Assembly: GCA_963752595.1 (NCBI GenBank)
Contig: CAVVYZ010000009.1
Location: forward strand, 224,001 to 288,000
Direction of reading: 5' to 3'
Source of the DNA: an uncultured delta proteobacterium
GTDB taxonomy: Bacteria > Desulfobacterota > Desulfomonilia > UBA1062
Length of the DNA stretch: 64,000 nt
Under the pieces are notes generated by a model, which was given only the letters and a program-made list of their open reading frames with translations, was not told the origin of the DNA and made no database searches. Below are positions 26,693 through 34,967 of the stretch, piece after piece (the first letter of the stretch is position 1; every line of letters starts with the position of its first letter). The position numbers and the translations under genes are program-made.

Positions 26693-27028
26693 ATGGTTGA
26701 ACTGGGAACACGATACAAATGCTTTGAATGCGACACGAAGTTTTATGACCTCAACAAGCCCCAGCCGCTATGTCCTTCATGCGGAAAGGATCAGAAAGAT
26801 AAAAAAGCAGCTAAGCCATTCAAGCGAAAGAAATGGCGCTCATCCTTCAAGACGGAACCGGAAATTCATGTTGTCCCGGAAGATAGTGATGCCTTGATCG
26901 ATCCGGAGAAAAGTGACCTCCCGACCGCAGCTGATGAAAAAGACAAGGATGGATATGTTCTCGAAGAGGAGGGCAATGCCGGAGAGGAAATCTCCCGGGA
27001 AGACTCAGATAAGGATGAGGATGATTAA
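26693..27028 (+). CDS. FYDLN acid domain protein (TIGR02300-like)
   Basis: ELGTRYKCFECDTKFYDLNK...CPSCG with an acidic tail. Confidence 0.85.
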   Translation: MVELGTRYKCFECDTKFYDLNKPQPLCPSCGKDQKDKKAAKPFKRKKWRSSFKTEPEIHVVPEDSDALIDPEKSDLPTAADEKDKDGYVLEEEGNAGEEISREDSDKDEDD

Positions 27029-27442
27029 CAATTGAGATCCAATCAGACTGTTCTCTTATATGCAGTCTCATTGTCCGATTAATCTCTCGCATCATTCCTG
27101 AGCCAGGATCGCTTTCATTTTCCGCCGGAATGATGATGACATCTTTTAATGGTTTTCGCCCGCCTGATGATGCCTATATTTTCACTGAGCAGCTTTAGGG
27201 TATGGTTGTCACAATCCATGCAGATAGTAGGACGATCGGAGATCGTTGTAAGCGTCGCTAATCCGGGTTGATATTAAAAAACGGCATCCCCCGAGCAGGG
27301 TAGGTTTTCAATCTCTGATATTTAATATCTCCAAAGAGGCTGTTGAAAAACTCAAACCATGAAGAGCGGCTAAAAGAATGACCTCACAGAATGCCCGAGG
27401 TTGAGAGTTTTATGATCGGGGCTTGTGTTTTGATGTTACTAG

Positions 27443-28315
27443 GGCCTGTGTGCAAACATCATAGCCAGATGAATATAGCACCGATGACCCACATTGAGCG
27501 ATAACTGTCTGCTCGTTTATCGTATCTTGTTGCGATGGAGAGGAACTGCTTGAGCCTTTTAATAAGCCGTTCAATCCGGTTTCTCAAACGGTAGGCTTCC
27601 CGGTCAAATGGACCGCCTCTTTTATTATTACTTTTTCTTGGAATAGTTACATGAATGCCATGCTTTATCAGATAGTATCTAATCCATTGGGCACTATAGC
27701 CTTTGTCTCCAATGAGGCGCTCTTAGGCGATTTCTTGGCCTTCCGACATGGGATCGTTTTATCGATCCATGTTCCATGAGCTCAAGGAACGCTGTTGTAT
27801 CATGAGATTCGCCGGGAGTAAGGGCTACCGTTATCGGCTTGCCTTCTCCTTCCGCCCGGAGGTGGACCTTGGTCGAGAACCCACCTCGACTACGGCCAAG
27901 AGCTTCTTCTCTCTGCCCCCTTTTTTTGCACCCGCTGCATTCTGGTGGGCTCTTACAACCGTGGTATCAACAAAATGAACCTTCCAGTCCACTTTCCCTT
28001 CAGAATCAGACGTGGCTTGAATCTCCGAAAGTATCCGGTCCCATACCCCGGATTCTCTCCATCTACGAAATCGACTGTGTATGGTAGACCATGACCCGTA
28101 TCTCTCCGGAATATCTCTCCAGGGTGCTCCCGTCTTTACCTTCCAGAGAATTCCATTGATGATCTTTCGGTGGTCTTCTGCCGGTCGTCCGGTCTCTGGT
28201 TTCTGGGCTGGAAGATACCCTTTGAGCTTCTGCCATTGCTTCTCTGTGAGTTCATGCCTTCTGTTCATTCCTATTTTGATGCATGAACTTCACTTTTAGA
28301 CTTTGCACACACGCC
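27443..28315 (-). mobile_element. IS5 family insertion sequence (IS427-like), ~873 bp
   Basis: TIRs GGCCTGTGTGCAAA / GGCGTGTGTGCAAA, CTAG on both flanks; slippery A7G5 at 27916-27927; orfB (LGRSRGGFSTKVH, GDKGY) has an extra frameshift. Confidence 0.9.
27831..28268 (-). CDS. IS5 transposase orfA
   Basis: ELTEKQW, GILW...GAPWRDIPERYG, VDTTVVRAHQ. Confidence 0.9.
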   Translation of the reverse strand: MNRRHELTEKQWQKLKGYLPAQKPETGRPAEDHRKIINGILWKVKTGAPWRDIPERYGSWSTIHSRFRRWRESGVWDRILSEIQATSDSEGKVDWKVHFVDTTVVRAHQNAAGAKKGGREKKLLAVVEVGSRPRSTSGRKEKASR

Positions 28316-28354
28316 CTAGTTATATTGGTTTTCTTTCCATCTTCTCAGTCTTCA

Positions 28355-28428
28355 ATCGAACGTAAGGCTAAGCGGTTGGAAAAGGTGCGCGGCAGATTTG
28401 CCAGCCCGACTTAAGCAGATCGTTATGC
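28355..28428 (-). mobile_element. Integron attC recombination site (74 bp)
   Basis: Minus strand: R'' GCATAAC, 5-nt spacer, L'' GCT[T]AAG[T], paired arms, L' GCTTAGC, 5-nt spacer, R' GTTCGAT; the ORF stop TAA lies inside R''. Confidence 0.8.
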
Positions 28429-29178
28429 CTTCCGCTTCTCAAAAAGGATATGAATCCAATTCGAATGCGGGTTATGAAAAGGTTTCTGGATATTTTTCAT
28501 ATAAAAGGCCATTCTTGTGAGAATTTTTTGCAGGATATTTCTTTGAGGTGGTTCTTTTAGCTCAGATCCACAATGGATGCAAAACTCCCCCTGATAATAA
28601 GTTCCATAGGGGTTTCCTGCAAAGTCCATAAGGAACACTGATAATGCATTGGTGTAGTCCTTGTTCTCTCCAATAAAGGATATCTTTTTAGCCTCGTATA
28701 ATGAAAATAATTGTTTTAACTTATTCTCATCAAAACTATTAACATGTCCCCATGGAGGATTCCTTTTTCCGCATGTGCAGCATTTTGTCCGACCCACTCT
28801 AATCTCTTGTTTGAAAGGTACACCAATAAGTATATATTCCTTTGCGACACGCTCTAACTCGGAGCAGGCTTTTACAAGTTGTTTAGATGGAATATGTTCA
28901 AGAACTTCTGCGCAAAAAACCAAGTCAAATTCCTTGCTAGTGAAATTCAAATTTGTAGCATCTCCCTTAACACATTGAATTCTTGGATGCTCAATTGATG
29001 GCCTTTCTAAATCAAGTGCAAACACCTTATCAAATCTCTCCGCAAGTATAATGGAAAACCAGCCATCTAGTGCGCCTACATCTAAAACAGTGCCTCGACA
29101 ATCATCTGGAATTAGGTCCATTAAATCAGAGGTTCTTGCCTTCTCTATTTTTTTGTTCCGATAATTTGTTTGGTCCAT
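28423..29178 (-). CDS. Class I SAM-dependent methyltransferase, low GC, cassette-borne
   Basis: VLDVGALDG, GDATNL, FDLVFCAEVLEHI; CxxC pairs; alternative start at 29205. Confidence 0.85.
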   Translation of the reverse strand: MDQTNYRNKKIEKARTSDLMDLIPDDCRGTVLDVGALDGWFSIILAERFDKVFALDLERPSIEHPRIQCVKGDATNLNFTSKEFDLVFCAEVLEHIPSKQLVKACSELERVAKEYILIGVPFKQEIRVGRTKCCTCGKRNPPWGHVNSFDENKLKQLFSLYEAKKISFIGENKDYTNALSVFLMDFAGNPYGTYYQGEFCIHCGSELKEPPQRNILQKILTRMAFYMKNIQKPFHNPHSNWIHILFEKRKA

Positions 29179-29463
29179 TCCTCGTTTCCTCCATTTGTCT
29201 GTCATAACAATTAGTATAATACTCTCTTGCTTCTTCTGATCATGAGGATCAGTTGGAGGGTGATAGAAGGCTCCGTCTGTTGGAGGAGAAGTAAAACATA
29301 AGTCCGGCCTCCTCTTTATTCAATGTGCTTATCAATAAATGGCTGGTGTCAATATTCCATGTATCTGTAATCGATGATGACTTTCTTGAACACAGGAAAG
29401 TTGTAATATCCAACTGATCCCGGAAAGAGATGACAGCCTCTAGAGTGCCTTTTTATCCAGCAG

Positions 29464-30036
29464 CTACTGCCCTACCTCAATTTGTTTCATGTATGTCGCA
29501 TTGTCCCAAAACAGCCATTCTTCGACCATAACGCCATCCTTCCAGCGGCCCACGGTGCACATGGGGATGGAGAACTTCTTGCCCGTTGGTTGAATGAACT
29601 TCCCGTCCCCGATCGGCATAGGCTTGGTAAAGGTCCCGGCCATAACCCCTATTACGCAGGTGTATTCTCCCGAGCCGAATTTAACTGGGTGAACTTTTAT
29701 GTTCGTATCAGGGGCATAGACAAACATGGCTTTGAGATCTTCGATATGCTTTTTGAGGCCGATTGCGGAATGACCATCGGGCCAGTCGACTTTGATGTCC
29801 TCTGCATGGCTTTCGTGCAGCCGTGTCCATTCCTGATCGCTGAATACGACATAATCGAGCTCGTCGAAGGTCTCCAGGTTCTTCTTTATGGTCGCTCTTT
29901 CATCGGCGCACTCCTTCAGGTCCATTTTTTCACCTCCTTGATCTTCGCCTGCATTTCCGGCGAGTATCCTTGGCTTATCCGCGCTCCCTACAAACGTTGA
30001 GGAAACCATAGCCACAAAAAACAAGAGTGTCACCAA
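29464..30036 (-). CDS. SnoaL-like / ester cyclase family protein
   Basis: HAEDIKVDWPDG, GTFTKPM, PTGKKF, EEWLFWD; a strong internal RBS suggests a possible start at 29925. Confidence 0.8.
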   Translation of the reverse strand: MVTLLFFVAMVSSTFVGSADKPRILAGNAGEDQGGEKMDLKECADERATIKKNLETFDELDYVVFSDQEWTRLHESHAEDIKVDWPDGHSAIGLKKHIEDLKAMFVYAPDTNIKVHPVKFGSGEYTCVIGVMAGTFTKPMPIGDGKFIQPTGKKFSIPMCTVGRWKDGVMVEEWLFWDNATYMKQIEVGQ

Positions 30037-30410
30037 ACCACTTTAACGAACAGTTTTCTCCTTGTCCCTTCCCCCATTAATTTATAGCTTCTTATCAAGC
30101 AATACTACTCATTAGTCATAATAGGACTACGAGAAACTGATGCAAGAACTTGGCTGCTCCTTTAGCTGCTGGTGGGAATATCTTACTTTGTAATAAAATG
30201 AGACCTATCCAAAGTTTATACTGAATATTTTATATTACTTATAATTTTGTGCCGAACTACGCAGTTTCCCTTTATTAATATTATTGCATAGATCTTTTCC
30301 AGGTCCAGGAAAGTTATGATCTTCGAATGAGATCGAATAAAGTTAGAGATGGCTCCGGTTGTTTGGACAGGGGATGGCGTTTTATAAGTGAAGCCTTGCC
30401 GCTATTCCCA

Positions 30411-31241
30411 TTAAGCCGCATCGGGCATCTCCTCCCGACAACCAAAATAGACCTCATCCGGGGTTGATCTGTCAAGCGTCGAGTGTGGCCTGTGATGATT
30501 GTAAAAAGTCAGATAGCGTTCCAAGCCGCTTCTGGCTTCACTGACACTATCATAGGCATGCAGATAGACCTCCTCATATTTGATGCTTTTCCAGAGCCTC
30601 TCTACGAACACATTGTCACGCCAGCATCCTCTCCCGTCCATGCTGATGGCAATACCTTTTTCCTTCAAAAGCGCAGTAAACTCCATGCTGGTAAACTGGC
30701 TGCCCTGGTCGGTATTGAAGATTTCCGGTGTGCCATATAGATCTAGGGCTTCCTGAACCGCCTCGATACAAAAATCTGTGCTCAGGGTGTTTGACAGCCT
30801 CCACGAGAGTACCCGCCGTGAAGCCCAGTCCATCACCACGAAGAGATAGACAAAACCCCGCTTCATCGGAATATAGGTGATGTCTGCTGCCCAGACATGG
30901 TTGGGTCTCTCGATCTTCAGGTTCCTAAGCAGATAGGGATAGACCTGATGACCTGGGTGACGCCTGCTGGTATTGGGCTTGCGGTAGATGGCGCTAATTC
31001 GCATGCGTCTCATCAGGGTGCTCACATGCCGGCGACCGACCAGATGTCCTTCGCGTCTGAGCATATCCCTAAGCATCCGGGCTCCGGCAAAGGGATAATC
31101 AAGATGCAGCTTATCTATCCGATGCATCAGCGCAAGATCGGCTGGCAATACCGGTCGTGGCAGGTAATATACGCTCGAACGCGACAGCTTCAAGGTACGG
31201 CACTGCCTCGTTACCGGCAGTTTGTGGCTGGGGTTTATCAT
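30411..31241 (-). CDS. IS3 transposase OrfB (DDE)
   Basis: WAADITYI, NTDQGSQF, DNVFVERLWKSIKYE. Confidence 0.95.
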   Translation of the reverse strand: MINPSHKLPVTRQCRTLKLSRSSVYYLPRPVLPADLALMHRIDKLHLDYPFAGARMLRDMLRREGHLVGRRHVSTLMRRMRISAIYRKPNTSRRHPGHQVYPYLLRNLKIERPNHVWAADITYIPMKRGFVYLFVVMDWASRRVLSWRLSNTLSTDFCIEAVQEALDLYGTPEIFNTDQGSQFTSMEFTALLKEKGIAISMDGRGCWRDNVFVERLWKSIKYEEVYLHAYDSVSEARSGLERYLTFYNHHRPHSTLDRSTPDEVYFGCREEMPDAA

Positions 31242-31534
31242 TTCCTTGCGCTCAGCCGACCCACTTTGATGAGCGCCTTTTCTAAAAAATCGTTCTCCAG
31301 GGTCAGTTCACCGATCTTGGCATGCAGCTCCTTCAGGTCCGGTTCCTTGCCCTTCCTGGGGCCGTCAAAGACCATGGCGGCACCATCGAGCATCTGCTGC
31401 TTCCAGTCCGATATCTGGTTGGGGTGTACATCGAACTGCTCAGCTATCTCTGCGAGCGTTTTATCTCCCTTGATTGCTGACAATGCCACTTTCGCCTTAA
31501 AACTTGCCGAGTGATTCCGTCTTGTCCTTCTCAT
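31238..31534 (-). CDS. IS3 transposase OrfA
   Basis: HSASFKAKVAL, HPNQISDWK, KIGELTLENDFL. Confidence 0.93.
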   Translation of the reverse strand: MRRTRRNHSASFKAKVALSAIKGDKTLAEIAEQFDVHPNQISDWKQQMLDGAAMVFDGPRKGKEPDLKELHAKIGELTLENDFLEKALIKVGRLSARK

Positions 31535-31915
31535 CCTCTTGCTCCTTTCTTTGACCGTATTTCATCGGCCTCTTTTGAGCAAGTCTTTCACTTATAGACC
31601 TGTCCGAATTTCCGGAGCCACTTCTATATTTACAATTGTTCCACACATGGTGGAGGTTTAGGTGGAAGTCTGAGATAACCTTGTTTGCGGCAGGATGTTT
31701 GGTTCACCTCTGCGATAAATTGTTGGTTTTCATAATATATGAAAACTGATGATCTTCAGGAGATATATTGATATCATTTTTATATTACTGCATGCCATAG
31801 TTTTTATTTATATAATTACTTTAAAATATAAAAGTAATTGTTATAGTAATATTTTCATGAGTGTAAAAATTTAAGTAAATCAATTACGATAAAAACGCTA
31901 GAAGGGAGATAAATA

Positions 31916-32344
31916 ATGAATGATTTAACACAACTTCGCAAGTCGAAAGGATTCACAATGCAAACACTTGCAAAAAAAAGTGGTATTTCTGCCAATACAA
32001 TTTCGACTTACGAAACAACTCCGCCTAAGAGGCCACGTAAGAAGGTCATGGAAAAAATAGCCACTGCTTTAGATGTCCCAACTGAAGAACTTTCCGGCAA
32101 ACTCATGCCAGGTGAAAAACCTTCCAAGGCATCAAAACAGGGAATACCTTCGGACACCATAGAGTTAAATGAAATTGATATTGCCAGGATTATATCACTT
32201 ATTGACCAGGAAGTCCTAAATCTGCATCACTTTGTGATAGAGTCTTCTCAAGTTGAAATTAGCAATCCCGTATTGGTTAAAAGCCTAGAGTACTTTTCGA
32301 AAGAAATTGAAGCACTCACAAACCTGAAAGAGAAGCTTACTTGA
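31916..32344 (+). CDS. XRE-family HTH protein with unknown C-terminal helical domain
   Basis: LRKSKGFTMQTLAKKSGISANTISTYE...KIATALDV; RBS AAGGGAG; AT-rich. Confidence 0.8.
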   Translation: MNDLTQLRKSKGFTMQTLAKKSGISANTISTYETTPPKRPRKKVMEKIATALDVPTEELSGKLMPGEKPSKASKQGIPSDTIELNEIDIARIISLIDQEVLNLHHFVIESSQVEISNPVLVKSLEYFSKEIEALTNLKEKLT

Positions 32345-32378
32345 CCTCCGCTCCTCCGTAAAGGAGGGGGATTCCTGA
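32341..32378 (-). mobile_element. Orphan IS200/IS605-family right end
   Basis: Minus strand CAGGAATCCCCCTCCTTTACGGAGGAGCGGAGGTCAA: subterminal hairpin ending in TCAA; no tnpA or tnpB nearby. Confidence 0.6.
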
Positions 32379-32856
32379 ACGAGTAGTTATGCGACCAGGT
32401 ATAAGCATCGGTCGCCCGACGTCACTGGACAAGACATTCGGATGCCCGGAATAGAGAGATCTATAAGCACTTGAAGCAAAAACACTGAATATAGATAACT
32501 GCGATAGATGGTTGCTTTTTTGATCCTCTACAATGTGTATATCTTGAGATGATATCTATTCAGTGTTGGCGGCATTCACAATGGATCGATCCTGGTCACG
32601 TTATATCAAATCTCAGTGAATTAGCAAAAGTATATACTGTCAGATATCGGTGTAGCCTTTATTCTCTATTCGTAAGGTCAAGCTGCAGCTAATACACGTA
32701 TGGCTGTCTATACGAAATGTCAGTAAAAAAAACCTTGTTAATTCAAAAAAGGTTACGATTGGGATACTAAGCCCATTGACGGAAGAGCATGCTCTCCCTT
32801 TATCGTCTGGACATATCTACCAAACAAAAAACCTCTTTGTTTAAAAACAAGCAAAG

Positions 32857-33867
32857 TTAGAGCCTTTTCTCCTGCCTGAGCTTTGTTATGATCTTTTCGA
32901 TTGCTGGCATGGCCTCCATGGCTGCTTTTTCACCCTCCAGGATCGCCTCGTGCCGTTTGGTCATGTCGGAGGATGAAATATAACCTACCCTGGGCCGGAT
33001 GACGACGTCGGCCTTCTGGAGCTGAAATGCGGATATGTTTGAATACATGATGTCGACTGCCTGCAGGATCGCGTCCATTGTCCCGGTGGGTACAATCCCG
33101 TTCCTCCCTCCGGAGATGTCCACGGCGATTACCACATCGGCTCCGAAGCGCCTGGCAACATTCACGGCCACCGGGCTGACAACGCCGCCATCCACATATG
33201 TTTTGCCCGAGATCTTCACGGGCTGAAAGACACCCGGGATCGAACAGCTTGCACGGACAGCCCTTCCGGTATTTCCCGTCCCGAAGACCGTCTCCTCGCC
33301 TGCGGCAAAGTCCGTAGCCACCGCATAGAAGCGGGTTTTGAGCTTTTCTATGGGCGTGTTGCGGAGGGTCAGGTTGATATACTCCTCGAGCTTGTCACCT
33401 TTGATAAATCCGTTATTCGGAATGGTCATGTCCACGACATCCGAACGTTCGACACCCATGGCTATGGTCTGGAGCTTGAATGCGCTGAAGCCGTAGGCAT
33501 AAAAGCTCCCCACAACGCTGCCTGCACTGGTCCCGATAATCATGTGGATAGGGATCTTGTGGGTCTCCAACACCTTGAGGACGCCGATATGGGCAAAGCC
33601 CTTGGACGCACCTGCGCCGAGGACAACGGCGATCTTGGCCGGCTTCGGAGGGGGCGGCATTACGACGGGAGCTGCAGGTACTGCCGGCATTCCAGGGGTA
33701 GTGCCGGGTGCTTGCACGTGAGGTGCGGCCGATGTTTGTGCAGGGGTCTCTTCTGCCGGAGGGATATGCTTGGGCGCACAGGCCAGAATCGCCATGACGA
33801 AAAAACCTGTAAGCAAATATGCAGTAAACCTCATGCTCTGGTGAATCGGGCCCTTGGGATCTTTCAT
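32857..33867 (-). CDS. Patatin-like phospholipase, predicted lipoprotein
   Basis: LGAGASKGFAH, GTSAG, VDGG; lipobox ILAC and Pro-rich linker. Confidence 0.9.
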   Translation of the reverse strand: MKDPKGPIHQSMRFTAYLLTGFFVMAILACAPKHIPPAEETPAQTSAAPHVQAPGTTPGMPAVPAAPVVMPPPPKPAKIAVVLGAGASKGFAHIGVLKVLETHKIPIHMIIGTSAGSVVGSFYAYGFSAFKLQTIAMGVERSDVVDMTIPNNGFIKGDKLEEYINLTLRNTPIEKLKTRFYAVATDFAAGEETVFGTGNTGRAVRASCSIPGVFQPVKISGKTYVDGGVVSPVAVNVARRFGADVVIAVDISGGRNGIVPTGTMDAILQAVDIMYSNISAFQLQKADVVIRPRVGYISSSDMTKRHEAILEGEKAAMEAMPAIEKIITKLRQEKRL

Positions 33868-34049
33868 ATCATTTCTCCTTCATCTTCATATCATAAATCC
33901 ATATGTCCCATTGATCAATGGAGAAACTCTCTTTCCGGAGAACGGACAAAGGGTATCTTTTCTTCTCATGATCTTACACCGATAGGAGTCCTGATGAAAT
34001 CGATCCCGCAGAAATCGACCCTTCACGGCAAAAAAGAGACCGTTACGAG

Positions 34050-34835
34050 TTGCCGGCACGGGAAATCGAGAAGATGATATCCCTCATCGAAAAGGCAGCG
34101 GCAGGAGACTATTCAAGCGACCTGACGGAGCTCACCAAGGCGGAGCATTCGGAGACTATCAGGAGGATTGCCGAGGCATTCGGAATGATGATGGTTGAAA
34201 TTGAGGCGAGAGAGTGCTATCTCGGAAAACTCAACGAGGAGTTGCACAATCTCAACATGAATATGCAGAAGAATATCATCCAAACCGTTGGAACCATTGC
34301 CCACAGTCTGGGAGCCAGGGACAAGTACTCGGAAGGTCATGCTCGGAGGGTATCGCGGTATGCGGAGAGGCTTGCCGTGAGATTGAAGCTGCCCCGTAAG
34401 GACATCGAAAATATCCGCATCGGAGGCCTGCTCCATGACATCGGCAAGATCGGGTTCAGTGATAATGTCTTTCAGAACGAGGACAAGCGTCCTTCGAAAC
34501 AGATCCTGAGCGAGATCAAGAAGCACCCAATGAACGGCAAGGCCATTCTCAAGGATCTGGACTTTCTGTCGTCGATCATCGATTATGTGTACTGTCACCA
34601 TGAGCGGGAAGACGGCTCCGGATATCCGCGGGGCCTGACCGGAGAAAAGATCCCTCTCGGGGCCAAGATCGTCGGCATTGCGGACACGTTCGACGCCCTT
34701 ACCACCGACAGGCCGTATCAGAAGGCACGCTCGCTCAAAGAAGCCTTTGCAATCCTCAAAGATATAAGCGGCAGGAGCTTCGACACGGAGCTGATCAGGG
34801 CATTTATCTCAGAGATCCGCGAAAACGGAATGTAA
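34050..34835 (+). CDS. HD-GYP domain phosphodiesterase
   Basis: LHDIGK, HHEREDGSGYPRGL, ADTFDALTTDRPY; start uncertain (34050 or 34074). Confidence 0.9.
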   Translation: MPAREIEKMISLIEKAAAGDYSSDLTELTKAEHSETIRRIAEAFGMMMVEIEARECYLGKLNEELHNLNMNMQKNIIQTVGTIAHSLGARDKYSEGHARRVSRYAERLAVRLKLPRKDIENIRIGGLLHDIGKIGFSDNVFQNEDKRPSKQILSEIKKHPMNGKAILKDLDFLSSIIDYVYCHHEREDGSGYPRGLTGEKIPLGAKIVGIADTFDALTTDRPYQKARSLKEAFAILKDISGRSFDTELIRAFISEIRENGM

Positions 34836-34967
34836 GCCTCATTCGAGAGGCCTTCACTTCCCCAGCTCCATAAAAAGGCTGCTCTTTTCCCTGGCATCAA
34901 CCCTGTTTCCATATTATACAGAAAAAGGTTTGTTATGGGCGTCCCGTTGGAAAGGAGGGAACAGTGA

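Larger units (their letters stand above)
30344..31626 (-). mobile_element. IS3 family insertion sequence, ~1283 bp, apparently intact
   Basis: Imperfect TIRs TAGAGATGGCTCCGGTTGTTTGGACAGG / TAGAAGTGGCTCCGGAAATTCGGACAGG; orfA and orfB overlap at ATGA; no clear target duplication. Confidence 0.92.

Noticed and set aside
27285-27312. Second IS605-like right end ending in TTCAA
   Set aside because: Hairpin is short and lacks the GAATCC lead-in
32565-32591. Minus-strand DRSIVNAAN as a decayed TnpB C-terminal DRDxNAAxN motif
   Set aside because: Spacing is off by one residue, no zinc finger precedes it, and the plus strand reads better as HAD-like fragments
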